Shown: positions 19,043-27,587 of the stretch, piece after piece
Position numbering within the stretch: the first letter of the stretch is position 1
Layout of the letters: each line of letters opens with the position of its first letter
From: an uncultured Candidatus Saccharibacteria bacterium
GTDB lineage: Bacteria; Patescibacteriota; Minisyncoccia; Phycocordibacterales; UBA2100
NCBI GenBank assembly: GCA_964399865.1
Contig: CAYNRJ010000001.1
Location: 475,984-539,983 of the forward strand
Direction: 5' to 3'
DNA length: 64,000 nt
Translations under genes and position numbers: made by a program
Notes under the pieces: model-generated
What the model was told of the DNA's origin: nothing
Databases searched by the model: none
Seen by the model: only the letters and a program-made list of their open reading frames with translations

Positions 19043-19819
19043 ATGCAATTAACACTACAGCGGACGCTTCTTGTTGCCTTAGGTGTATTACTCATTGCCT
19101 TCGGGACCGTAAGCTTCGCCCACGCAGAGGATGATGCAACGGTGCAGGTTTCTGCAGAGACAACCGTACAGGTAGACGTGCGTACTGCGACAGGGACCCC
19201 TCCGAAGTTTCGTCCTGGCGCACCATTCCAAAACAAACAGCTAAAAGAGTTCAAAGAAAACGCAAAAGATGCAATTAAAGATGTCTCGGCAAAAGCACGA
19301 ATCGAGATGAGAGCAGCAAGTTCTTCAGGAGAGAAAAAGAACATCATGGAGAACCTCCGTGAGAAAAAAGAAGACTTAAAGAATGATCGTAAGGAAAAGA
19401 TGCAAAGCTTTAAGGAGCGCATTCAATTATTGGCACGAACGCACATCGGCGCGTCGATAAACCGCTTCACTGCAGCCATCAACCACTTCGAGAATATCGC
19501 GGAACGAATTGAGTCCCGCATCGATAAGCTTAACGATCGCGGCATCAATACCGTTAACGTCGAAGCTTCTCTTAAAACAGCAGTCGATCTCACGGCAACA
19601 GCTAAAGCGGACGTCGCCGCACTCAAGACTCTCCTAAATTCCGTAACTGACACAAGTGATCCTGCTACAGTAAAGGCTCAGATCCGCGCTGCTATCGAGA
19701 AAGCAACGGCAAGCATAAAGGCTGCGCACCAGGCTCTTATGAAAACCGCTCGGGAGCTCTCCGCGCTCGTGCGTGCCTCTGGAGGAATCAACAGTACAAC
19801 TACAGTTGACGTGCAATAA
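19043..19819 (+). CDS. Secreted coiled-coil protein, unknown function
   Basis: Signal peptide 'MQLTLQRTLLVALGVLLIAFGTVSFAHA'; Lys/Glu/Ala-rich helical body. Confidence 0.55.
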   Translation: MQLTLQRTLLVALGVLLIAFGTVSFAHAEDDATVQVSAETTVQVDVRTATGTPPKFRPGAPFQNKQLKEFKENAKDAIKDVSAKARIEMRAASSSGEKKNIMENLREKKEDLKNDRKEKMQSFKERIQLLARTHIGASINRFTAAINHFENIAERIESRIDKLNDRGINTVNVEASLKTAVDLTATAKADVAALKTLLNSVTDTSDPATVKAQIRAAIEKATASIKAAHQALMKTARELSALVRASGGINSTTTVDVQ

Positions 19820-19838
19820 GTAGGGTACAATATCCTTC

Positions 19839-20189
19839 ATGGAGCAGGCACCGTACACCTCGCCAATCGATCCAGTTCCTAACACCGAACCCGTATCGAA
19901 GTCATCTGCCGGGCCCGTGATCGGAGCAGTTATCGTCATCATAATTCTAGCTCTCGGGGGATTGTATTTCTGGGGAGCAGAGTTGAATGAAGGTCCTGCA
20001 GAACAGCTTCCATTCATTCCAGGAGATGACGGAGCCGTAGTGGAGAGCGAGAGTGATGCCGCGTGGCTTCCCCCTTCAAATGATTCTGATGACGCAGCAG
20101 CGATAGAGGCAGAGCTTGAGGCGACCAACATGAGCGCCTTCGAGAACGAAACTAACGCAGACATGAGTGCAGCTGAATCAAGCTTCTAA
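19839..20189 (+). CDS. Small membrane-anchored protein with an acidic C-terminal tail
   Basis: One TM segment 'GPVIGAVIVIIILALGGLYFWG' then a Glu/Asp/Ala-rich tail. Confidence 0.45.
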   Translation: MEQAPYTSPIDPVPNTEPVSKSSAGPVIGAVIVIIILALGGLYFWGAELNEGPAEQLPFIPGDDGAVVESESDAAWLPPSNDSDDAAAIEAELEATNMSAFENETNADMSAAESSF

Positions 20190-20207
20190 CAAACATCGTA
20201 TTTCAAG

Positions 20208-20244
20208 AAACGCCCGAGGCTATTTTGCCTCGGGCGTTTCGTTT
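20208..20244 (+). terminator. Rho-independent terminator
   Basis: AAACGCCCGAGGC-tatttt-GCCTCGGGCGTTT followed by a T-rich tract. Confidence 0.75.
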
Positions 20245-20258
20245 GCTATGCTCTCGCG

Positions 20259-21326
20259 ATGACACATGACATCAAGAACGTAAAAGTCACCAGGGATGAG
20301 AAGAACTGGGAGGCTGAGATCACAGGAGAGATCCCGGCAGAGGTGCTTAGCAACTATCGCACTGAAACCCTAAAAGAGATGCAGAAGACTGCAAAGCTCG
20401 ACGGCTTCAGGCCGGGTATGGCACCACTCGATCGCATTATCGCGATATACGGCGAGGGAGAGATACTTAAACATGCTGCGGAACACGCGATTCAGCATGA
20501 ATTACCAGAACTTCTTGCTACAGAGAAGATCCTCGCGATCGAAGCTCCTCACGTCACGATCGGAGTCCCTGAAGCTGGTAAACCCCTCCCCTTTACCGCT
20601 CGTGCAGCTCTCGCACCAAAAGTAGAACTTCCTGATTTCAAAAAGATTGCAAAGAAATATCCAGCTCCTGAAAAATCCGAAGTCTCAGATGCCGAGCATC
20701 AAGAAGCTCTCACGCATCTTCGCCGCGAGCGCGCACGCATAGAAAGAATGGAAACTGGCGTGGAGCCAGAAAAGGCCGCGGAGGAGTCGAAAAAGATAGA
20801 GGAAAAAGATCTACCAGCTCTTGATGACGCATTTGTGCAATCTCTCGGCTATGAAAACGCTGAAGCGTTCTCAAATGCACTCCGAGAAAACATTCAAAAG
20901 GAGAAAGACACGCAGGCGCGTGACAAGCGTCGCCAAGGAATTCTGGATGAGCTTGTTAAGGAAGCAAAGATCTCCTACCCAACACTTCTTCGTGAATATG
21001 AATTGAATGACATGGAAGCGCGCCTCCGCGAAGATTTGAGCAGAATAAATCACACGCTTGAACAATACCTTGGTGAAATCAAAAAGACTCGTGAGGCCAT
21101 TAGAGAGGAGTGGAAAGATGCGGCAGATAAGCGCACAAAGATTCGATTAGTGCTTACAGAAATTGCCCGAAAAGAAAACATCGATGCGCCTGCTGAGGAA
21201 CTCGCACACCAAATGGATCATGCAAAGAAACGCTTCCCAGAAGCAGAGGAAGATATGCTTCGAGCGAACATCGCTCACGCAATGAGGAATGAGGCGGTTC
21301 TAAATTTCCTAGAGTCGATCAAGTAA
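20259..21326 (+). CDS. tig: Trigger factor, short form (the PPIase domain appears reduced or absent)
   Basis: N-terminal ribosome-binding domain with 'KLDGFRPGMAPLDRI' (the GFRxGxxP signature); 355 aa versus about 430 aa canonical; a clpP gene follows after an inserted islet. Confidence 0.6.
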   Translation: MTHDIKNVKVTRDEKNWEAEITGEIPAEVLSNYRTETLKEMQKTAKLDGFRPGMAPLDRIIAIYGEGEILKHAAEHAIQHELPELLATEKILAIEAPHVTIGVPEAGKPLPFTARAALAPKVELPDFKKIAKKYPAPEKSEVSDAEHQEALTHLRRERARIERMETGVEPEKAAEESKKIEEKDLPALDDAFVQSLGYENAEAFSNALRENIQKEKDTQARDKRRQGILDELVKEAKISYPTLLREYELNDMEARLREDLSRINHTLEQYLGEIKKTREAIREEWKDAADKRTKIRLVLTEIARKENIDAPAEELAHQMDHAKKRFPEAEEDMLRANIAHAMRNEAVLNFLESIK

Positions 21327-21357
21327 AGGAAGCTCCTGATAGCTCTTAGGAGTTTCA

Positions 21358-21756
21358 CTAGATAAGACCGAAGCCGATAGCAGCTAAATACCCTCCCAAA
21401 ACTACGGCCATAAAGCCGCCGGAGATATACCACTGCGATTTGTTAAACATTCGTATGAGGCGACGCATCCCTGCAAATGGGAGCGAGATGTAGATAATGC
21501 TCTCTAAGATCATGAGCCAACCCATGAGTGTAATCAGTCCTCGCCAATCTGGTGTCCAAATCGGGTGTGCTATTGCGATCGCGAGACCACCCATCAATTC
21601 AACAAGAGCAATTATTAAAATAAGTGCTCTGTTATCGATAAATTCATACACAACTGGTATGAGAGATTTCCGGCGATACATGATGATAAGGCCGGCGATC
21701 AAAAAATAGAGTCCGAGTAATTGCGCAAGAAAAATTGAGAGATCATCCATGTGCAC
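21358..21756 (-). CDS. Integral membrane protein (4 predicted helices), unknown function
   Basis: 132 aa, strongly hydrophobic. Confidence 0.5.
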   Translation of the reverse strand: MHMDDLSIFLAQLLGLYFLIAGLIIMYRRKSLIPVVYEFIDNRALILIIALVELMGGLAIAIAHPIWTPDWRGLITLMGWLMILESIIYISLPFAGMRRLIRMFNKSQWYISGGFMAVVLGGYLAAIGFGLI

Positions 21757-21929
21757 TAGTCTATACTCCTTCGTGCAAAAAATAGGTTTTTATTTTATTA
21801 CTTGTGGATAAAAACGTTTCCACAAGCCTTAACTCGTCACCTTCTCCCATACGGAGGGAGATATTTAAAACAAGAAGCCGCCCACACTATAGAAGTGTCG
21901 CACTGAGCGGACTTCCTTGTGGTGAGCGG

Positions 21930-22247
21930 CTAGCGCTTGATGGCTTCGAGTCGATTCCATTCCTCGGTGAGAGCGAGGGCTATTTTGGCCCGGACCTTTG
22001 GCGACTGACCGATTGCCATACTGACCATGAGGCAGTAGTCGGCCTGGTCACTACGCTCCATCTTGAACTCGGCTTCGGGAGCCACCTGAGCAGCGATCAC
22101 CTCCATCTGCGCATAGGTCTGAGGCGCGTTGAGGCGAGCTGTCTTGAGTTCACCTCCTGGGTACGTGTCGGTGAGAAACCAGCGCGACCTCTTCTTGCGA
22201 TCAATTCCCTTCCACCGCCAGTCATAACTAAGCTTCAAATTCCGCAC
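21930..22247 (-). CDS. Hypothetical small protein in a high-GC islet
   Basis: 105 aa; GC about 58 %; no recognisable motif. The overlapping plus-strand ORF 21804..22394 looks like low-complexity noise. Confidence 0.35.
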   Translation of the reverse strand: MRNLKLSYDWRWKGIDRKKRSRWFLTDTYPGGELKTARLNAPQTYAQMEVIAAQVAPEAEFKMERSDQADYCLMVSMAIGQSPKVRAKIALALTEEWNRLEAIKR

Positions 22248-22432
22248 GGCTTACCTCCCGATTTGAGCGGCCAATACAATACATCATCCTTCCCCATTGG
22301 GGAAGGCCGCAAAAGGTACGTCATCCAAGGAGGGAGAATTGGTCGGTTCTTAAAGCCTTTGCGAACAAGAACCCCGCGTCAAACCATTATTTGACCCATC
22401 TTTTATACTGACGTAGATTATCGGCGGCGCAA

Positions 22433-22708
22433 TTGTGCTGCCTGATGGAGGAAGTCGTGACTGAGCGCCTGGATAAGCGGCATAGCAAGATGGTCGATGG
22501 GCTCGTCAAAAGCCTCAAGAAGCGGAGACTCATCAAGAAGATCCTCCACAAGCAAGGACTCACGGTCCCGGAACCGCCCCCAACTATCGTTGGAATGGTT
22601 CAGCAGGACTACGACCTCTTCAAGTTCAAGGAGCTCGTGGAGAATCTGGCAACCCTGACAATCAAGCGACTCCGCGATGCTCTACAGATGGAGCGAGTTC
22701 CTGGTTGA
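22433..22708 (+). CDS. Hypothetical small basic protein in a high-GC islet
   Basis: 91 aa (possibly about 72 aa from MVDGL); Lys/Arg-rich; followed by a terminator-like hairpin. Confidence 0.35.
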   Translation: MCCLMEEVVTERLDKRHSKMVDGLVKSLKKRRLIKKILHKQGLTVPEPPPTIVGMVQQDYDLFKFKELVENLATLTIKRLRDALQMERVPG

Positions 22709-22746
22709 CTGCCCATTCTACTTAACCGTCCGTTCGAGAACGAAAG

Positions 22747-22790
22747 GTCGCCCTTCGCTCCTCGTCGGGCGGCTTTCGTTTTTTGCTCTT
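22747..22790 (+). terminator. Putative rho-independent terminator at the end of the high-GC islet
   Basis: GTCGCCC...GGGCGGC stem (one G:U pair) followed by TTTCGTTTTTT. Confidence 0.4.
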
Positions 22791-22834
22791 CTGCCAATGT
22801 AGACATCATATTTACGTCATCATTTGCGCGAGAA

Positions 22835-23452
22835 ATGAAAATTGATACACTGCGCCCTATGAATACTCCAACTGCTCAGATGCTTGTGCCAATGGTTATA
22901 GAGAAAACCTCTATGGGCGAACGCGCCTATGACATTTACTCGCGTCTTCTTAAGGAACGCATTATTTTCCTTGGAGGACCGATAGACAGCGACGTTGCGA
23001 ACCTCGTCATCGCTCAACTCCTCTTCCTCCAGTCAGAAGATCCGAAAAAAGATATCTCTTTCTACATTAACTCCCCTGGTGGACACGTATCTGCAGGTCT
23101 CGCCATCCTCGACACCATGAATCACATCCAGCCGAACGTATCTACTGTATGTGTCGGTATGGCAGCTTCTATGGCAGCAATTCTTCTTTCCGCGGGAGAG
23201 AAGGGAAAGCGCTTTGCCCTTCCAAACGCTGAAGTGATGATCCACCAGCCATCAGGCGGCGCTGAAGGAATGGCATCAGATATTGAAATAACGGCAAAAC
23301 AGATATTGAAACTCCGCGAACGCCTAAATAAGATACTCGCCAAGAACACTGGCCAGAAAGTTGAGAAAATTGCGGAGGATGTAGACCGTGATTTCTTCAT
23401 GGATGCTGCAGAAGCAGTGAAATACGGCATTGTGGATAAGGTTCTAAGCTAG
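22835..23452 (+). CDS. clpP: ATP-dependent Clp protease proteolytic subunit ClpP
   Basis: '[33 protein letters not shown]', 'INSPGG', catalytic Ser/His/Asp context ('GMAASMAA'); the true start may be an internal Met (22859 or 22880). Confidence 0.9.
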   Translation: MKIDTLRPMNTPTAQMLVPMVIEKTSMGERAYDIYSRLLKERIIFLGGPIDSDVANLVIAQLLFLQSEDPKKDISFYINSPGGHVSAGLAILDTMNHIQPNVSTVCVGMAASMAAILLSAGEKGKRFALPNAEVMIHQPSGGAEGMASDIEITAKQILKLRERLNKILAKNTGQKVEKIAEDVDRDFFMDAAEAVKYGIVDKVLS

Positions 23453-23682
23453 GGTTTAAGCCATATTTTCAGGAAAAAGAGCAGTAAATACCGCCCGACT
23501 ACCCCGTCGGTTGGCGGTCGTGTACTTTGGGGGTATACTGCGAATACACCAGATTAGTATTTATGAAATTTACATTTTCCAGCGCGCAAAGTGCTATGAA
23601 CGCGAGTCTCTTTCTTAACAAGAAACTGAATAGGACAGCCGTTTTTTCGCGTACGTAAAGCTTGGCGTGGAAAACCACGCGT

Positions 23683-25212
23683 ATGTCATTACAAACAATT
23701 CTTATCTTACTCGCAGTAGCGGGTGTTTTCGGTGTCGGATTTGGATATTTCCTCCGCTGGATAATCAGCTTAGGAAAACGAGGTTCGATGGAGCTCGAGA
23801 TCCGTCAGATGCAGATGGACGCAGCCGAGAAAGCAAAACGCATCGTCGAGGAGGCAGAACAGAAGGCAAAAGAAAAAGGAGAGAAGGCTGAAAGTGAACA
23901 CAAAGAACTCGAGCGAGAACTTAAAACACGTGAAGAGCGCCTCGTTCGAAAAGAAGAACTTCTCGACAAGAGACAGGTCAATCTAGACTCTGAGCAAGAA
24001 AATCTTTCGAAAAAGCAGGATGAAGTACAGGTGCTGAGACAAAAAGGCGAAGAACTGATCAAAGCGCAGCAGGAAAAGTTGGAGAAGGTCGCAGGACTTT
24101 CTGCTGAAGAAGCAAAAACAGATCTCCTTAAATCAATCGAGAGACAGTATGAGAACGACCTCGAAGGTCGTATGCGTAAATTAGAGATCGGCACAAATGA
24201 ACGTCTCGAAAAGCGCGCACAAGAAATTCTCACGACCGCGGTGCATCGCCTCGGGAACTCTGTCGTTTCCGACGTTCTCGCAACTACAATCTCTCTCCCT
24301 AGCGATGAAATAAAGGGAAAGATAATCGGAAAAGAGGGCCGTAACATTAGAGCTTTTGAACGTGCTACAGGAGTTGATGTCATCGTCGACGACACCCCAG
24401 GTACGATCACTCTCTCCTCATACGACCCAATGCGCCGCCAAATCGCGCGAATCGCTCTCGAGAATTTGATCCTCGATGGTCGCATCCAACCAGCAAAGAT
24501 CGAAGAGGCTGTGCAAAAAGCTGAGGCAGAAATAAATACCATCATTAAAAAGAAAGGTACTGAAGCAGCGTTCGAAGCTCGTGTACCAAACTTGGATCCA
24601 AAACTCTTAATGATCCTTGGACGTCTCTACTTCCGCACAAGCTACGGACAGAACGTTCTCGATCACTCAGTTGAAGTCGCTCACCTCGCAGGAATGCTTG
24701 CAGAAGAATTGGGCGCAGACCCAGCCGTCGCTCGCGCTGGCGCACTCTTCCATGACATTGGTAAAGCAGTTGACCATGAAGTGCCTGGTACTCACGTAGA
24801 GATCGGACGACGTATTCTGCAAAAGTTCGGCGTAGGAGAACCAGTCATAAAAGCGATGCAGGCACATCATGAAGAGTATCCGTACGAAACTCCTGAATCG
24901 ATGATCGTGCAAGTCGCAGACGCGATTTCCGGTGGTCGCCCAGGCGCACGTCGTGATTCCGTTGAGAATTACATCAAACGCCTTGAAGACCTCGAAGCTA
25001 TTGCAAATAGAGAGCCTGGCGTCGAAAAGACGTATGCAATCGCTGCAGGACGTGAAGTTAGGGTTATCGTTAAGCCTGAAGAGATCAGCGATCTTGATGC
25101 GCGTAAGATGGCACGCGATATCGCGGATAAGATAGAGAAAGAGCTCCAGTACCCTGGAGAGATTAAGGTGAGCGTCATACGAGAAACTCGCGTTATCGAG
25201 TACGCGAAATAG
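23683..25212 (+). CDS. rny: Ribonuclease Y
   Basis: N-terminal TM, long coiled-coil, KH domain ('IIGKEGRNIRAFE'), HD domain ('LFHDIGKAVDHE'); ORF 23662..25212 trimmed to MSLQTIL. Confidence 0.85.
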   Translation: MSLQTILILLAVAGVFGVGFGYFLRWIISLGKRGSMELEIRQMQMDAAEKAKRIVEEAEQKAKEKGEKAESEHKELERELKTREERLVRKEELLDKRQVNLDSEQENLSKKQDEVQVLRQKGEELIKAQQEKLEKVAGLSAEEAKTDLLKSIERQYENDLEGRMRKLEIGTNERLEKRAQEILTTAVHRLGNSVVSDVLATTISLPSDEIKGKIIGKEGRNIRAFERATGVDVIVDDTPGTITLSSYDPMRRQIARIALENLILDGRIQPAKIEEAVQKAEAEINTIIKKKGTEAAFEARVPNLDPKLLMILGRLYFRTSYGQNVLDHSVEVAHLAGMLAEELGADPAVARAGALFHDIGKAVDHEVPGTHVEIGRRILQKFGVGEPVIKAMQAHHEEYPYETPESMIVQVADAISGGRPGARRDSVENYIKRLEDLEAIANREPGVEKTYAIAAGREVRVIVKPEEISDLDARKMARDIADKIEKELQYPGEIKVSVIRETRVIEYAK

Positions 25213-25244
25213 GATTCCCCTACCCGCTTAATAAACGGCTCTAT

Positions 25245-25270
25245 AGAGCGCCAGACACCTCTGGCGCTCT
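25245..25270 (+). terminator. Hairpin (putative terminator) after rny
   Basis: AGAGCGCCAGA-cacc-TCTGGCGCTCT, an 11-bp perfect stem; the downstream U-tract is weak. Confidence 0.4.
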
Positions 25271-25419
25271 AGGTGTTTAAATTGTGCAGTATTTAAGCCA
25301 AAATAGGATGAAAAAACGACTTCTGCGCAAGTTGACATCGCTAAAATACGGCTCAAAATGGGCTTGTTAGGTCGAGCGTAGATGTTTACATCAATTACAA
25401 AAACAAAAACAATATCATT

Positions 25420-25695
25420 ATGGCAAACAAGATGGATTTGGTAGAGAAAGTGGCAGCAACTATAAACTGCACAAAGGCGGACGCTGAACGAGCTGTTGAA
25501 TCTGTTATCGCAACAATTACTGCATGCCTCAAGAAAGGAGAAGAGGTATCGATCGCAGGCCTTGGTATCTTTGAGGCAAAGACTCGCGCAGGACGCATGG
25601 GCAGAAACCCACGCACAGGTGCAACTATTGAGATAAAGGCAATGAAAGTACCTAAGTTCCGCGCTTCAAAGACTTTGAAGGACGCAATAAAGTAA
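25420..25695 (+). CDS. hup: DNA-binding protein HU
   Basis: 91 aa; 'GLGIFEAKTRAGRMGRNPRTGATIEI...VPKFRASKTLK' HU/IHF signature. Confidence 0.9.
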   Translation: MANKMDLVEKVAATINCTKADAERAVESVIATITACLKKGEEVSIAGLGIFEAKTRAGRMGRNPRTGATIEIKAMKVPKFRASKTLKDAIK

Positions 25696-25714
25696 TTTCT
25701 TTAAATCCCTTACA

Positions 25715-25741
25715 AAAATCCCGCTCGAAGCGGGATTTTTG
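25715..25741 (+). terminator. Rho-independent terminator after hup
   Basis: AAATCCCGC-tcgaa-GCGGGATTT followed by TTTT. Confidence 0.75.
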
Positions 25742-25752
25742 CATATATACCA

Positions 25753-25771
25753 GTGCGGGATGGGAGAATCG
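25753..25771. repeat. 19-nt exact duplicate of the tRNA-Gly(TCC) 3' end (acceptor/T-arm segment), a pseudo-tRNA fragment
   Basis: gtgcgggatgggagaatcg is identical to 25840-25858 (the tRNA 3' terminus plus one flanking nt), 87 bp away in the same orientation. Confidence 0.6.
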
Positions 25772-25840
25772 CCCTAACCTCTCGCCTTCGCATCAAGACG
25801 CACTCATGCGCACTACTTATCCCCTCTTCGTTACACTCTG

Positions 25841-25911
25841 TGCGGGATGGGAGAATCGAACTCCCGACCTCAGTTTGGAAAACTGACGTTTTACCATTAA
25901 ACTAATCCCGC
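25841..25911 (-). tRNA. tRNA-Gly (anticodon TCC)
   Basis: Manual cloverleaf: acceptor GCGGGAT/ATCCCGC, D-stem GTTT/AAAC, anticodon stem TCAGT/ACTGA with loop TTTCCAA, T-arm GGGAG-TTCGATT-CTCCC; no encoded CCA. Coordinates +/-1. Confidence 0.8.
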
Positions 25912-25961
25912 GCTCAAGAAGGACAGCATACACTGAATTTCTTTGGAGAGAAACTGGAAGA

Positions 25962-27194
25962 GTGTCAGAATACAAAAGACCTTCTTTCATATCCATGTTT
26001 CTATATATTAAATCCTTACTCGCTCATGTAGTCGCCATAGCGGTCATAGGAGGTGCTGTATTCCTCTTTGTTCGTTCGTACGAGGATTTCGCGAGGAGTT
26101 CGACGACAGCCGTAGTGCAAAAAGTAGCTACCACCTCGATCCAAACTGCGACTTCTTCCGTAGCGGTAATAGCCGAGCCACAAGAGGAGGAAGTAGTCCC
26201 CGCACCTAAGGAAATAGCCCCAATTTCGAAAAAACCAGAGCCTTCCATAGCAGTAGAAGAGCAGATCGCCACTCAACCGACCGCTGAAGAGGAAGACGAT
26301 AGCGTCCGGCGAATACAAAACCCCTACCCTACACCCCCTCTCTCGTTTGAGACCGTAAACATAGAGACGCGGGCGGCTCTCGTTAATATTGCGTGCACAA
26401 CAAGCGTGCGCGGAGTTAAGTCCGTAACTGCGAGCGGCATTATCATCGATCCACGCGGCGTTATTCTCACCAACGCGCATGTCGCCCAGTACGTTCTACT
26501 CGCGCAAAGCCCTCAATCTGGCCTTACGTGCACGATTCGCCAAGGCTCACCTGCGAGATCAGTCTGGAGAGCTGAGATCCTCTATTTTCCACCTATTTGG
26601 ATAGAGAAGCATGCAGAGGACATCACGAAGGACCGCTCAACGGGTACAGGAGAACACGACTACGCATTTCTACTCATAACAAAGCGAGTCGACGGCTCCC
26701 CTCTTCCTCCCTCATTCCCTGCGATCACTCCAGATATCCGTGAAGGCATAGGGTTCTTAGATGATTCTGTACTCAGCGCAAGCTACCCTGCGGAATTTAT
26801 CAGTGGTACGGCCGCCCAATTTGATCTGTACCCTCTTTCAACAGTTACAAAAATCCAAGAATTACTCACCTTCTACGTGGGTAACGTTGACCTCATTTCT
26901 CTTGGAGGTACTGCTGGAGCACAGGCAGGCTCTTCTGGAGGAGCCATCGTTAACGCTTGGAATCGCCTAGTGGGCCTTATCACGACCACAAAAGAGGGAG
27001 AAACGACCGCAGACAGAGACCTGCGAGGTATTACTCTCAATTACATCGACAGGGACCTGACAGCACGAAGCGGACAAAGCCTATCCTCCCTACTTAGCGG
27101 TGATCTATCTAAAAAAGCAGCTGATTACAGGACAAATGAAGCGCCTGCGCTTATAGAACTCCTATTGACTGAGATCGCAAATCATACGATCTAA
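25962..27194 (+). CDS. Membrane-anchored trypsin-like (S1 family) serine protease
   Basis: N-terminal TM 'LLAHVVAIAVIGGAVFLFV'; catalytic-triad contexts 'TNAHV' (His), 'DYAFLLI' (Asp), 'GSSGGAI' (Ser). Confidence 0.65.
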   Translation: MSEYKRPSFISMFLYIKSLLAHVVAIAVIGGAVFLFVRSYEDFARSSTTAVVQKVATTSIQTATSSVAVIAEPQEEEVVPAPKEIAPISKKPEPSIAVEEQIATQPTAEEEDDSVRRIQNPYPTPPLSFETVNIETRAALVNIACTTSVRGVKSVTASGIIIDPRGVILTNAHVAQYVLLAQSPQSGLTCTIRQGSPARSVWRAEILYFPPIWIEKHAEDITKDRSTGTGEHDYAFLLITKRVDGSPLPPSFPAITPDIREGIGFLDDSVLSASYPAEFISGTAAQFDLYPLSTVTKIQELLTFYVGNVDLISLGGTAGAQAGSSGGAIVNAWNRLVGLITTTKEGETTADRDLRGITLNYIDRDLTARSGQSLSSLLSGDLSKKAADYRTNEAPALIELLLTEIANHTI

Positions 27195-27445
27195 TAATAA
27201 TTTCGGGGCGCCGAGAATCGAACTTAAGCCTACTTCCCCTTCGGGGCCACGGATGTGCCCCGCACATCCGGTCAGTTTCTTTGTCGGGCTGCTGGGAATT
27301 TCCCTCGACCTAAGGCTCGCCGTCGCTCACCTTAGTCTGGGCACCGCCTCGCGGTTCGTCCTTCTGGCCTCACATCGCTCCGGCGTTCAATTCCAGACGC
27401 AGGCAAAGTGGGTTTGCCTGCTCACCCCTCATTCACTTCGTTCAA
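27195..27445 (-). ncRNA. GC-rich highly structured non-coding region downstream of tRNA-Pro (possible unclassified ncRNA, or the remnant of an integrated element)
   Basis: No ORF; several strong hairpins on the minus strand (GGATGTGCGGGGCACATCC, CCCCGAAGGGG, GCAGGCAAACCCACTTTGCCTGC); contains a 17-nt tRNA-Pro 3'-end duplicate. The scan excluded RNase P RNA and SRP RNA motifs and did not resolve a tmRNA fold. Confidence 0.3.
27282..27298. repeat. 17-nt exact duplicate of the tRNA-Pro 3' end
   Basis: tcgggctgctgggaatt is identical to 27446-27462; on the minus strand the copy folds as a T-arm/acceptor-like minihelix (GTCGAGGGAAATTCCCAGCAGCCCGAC). Confidence 0.6.
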
Positions 27446-27516
27446 TCGGGCTGCTGGGAATTGAACCCAGTCTACTTGCTCCCAAAGCAAGCGTACTACC
27501 GGTATACGACAGCCCG
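27446..27516 (-). tRNA. tRNA-Pro (anticodon TGG)
   Basis: Manual fold: acceptor CGGGCTG/CAGCCCG (C1:G72, typical of bacterial tRNA-Pro), D-stem GTAT/GTAC, anticodon stem CTTGC/GCAAG with loop TTTGGGA, T-arm CTGGG-TTCAATT-CCCAG; no encoded CCA. Confidence 0.8.
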
Positions 27517-27587
27517 TGCGTCGAGTAAGCATACTAGCACACTCTTAAAGGACATTCCTCCCCTCTCCATGTCCTTTATGATGTCCT

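Noticed and set aside
21804-22394. 196-aa plus-strand ORF spanning the high-GC islet
   Set aside because: Translation is Ser/Pro/Arg-rich with no hydrophobic core and overlaps the more protein-like 21930..22247 minus-strand ORF. Judged an artefact of the high GC.
25751-25830. A second complete tRNA gene upstream of tRNA-Gly(TCC)
   Set aside because: Only the last ~19 nt match a tRNA 3' end. No complementary 5' acceptor strand, D-arm or anticodon arm can be folded. Interpreted as a fragment or att-like duplicate, not a gene.
25841-25911. Initial reading of this tRNA as tRNA-Trp (CCA)
   Set aside because: Re-folding showed that the only consistent anticodon stem is TCAGT/ACTGA, which places TTTCCAA in the loop. 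The anticodon is therefore TCC (Gly), not CCA.
27195-27445. tmRNA, RNase P RNA or SRP RNA gene next to tRNA-Pro
   Set aside because: I looked for the conserved RNase P P4 motif (AGGAAAGTCCGGGCTCC) and the SRP RNA motif (GGAAGCAGCC / CAGGTCAGG) and found neither. No resume codon or ANDENYALAA-like tag reading frame, and no proper T-arm/acceptor pairing for a tmRNA, could be found. Left as an unclassified structured region.
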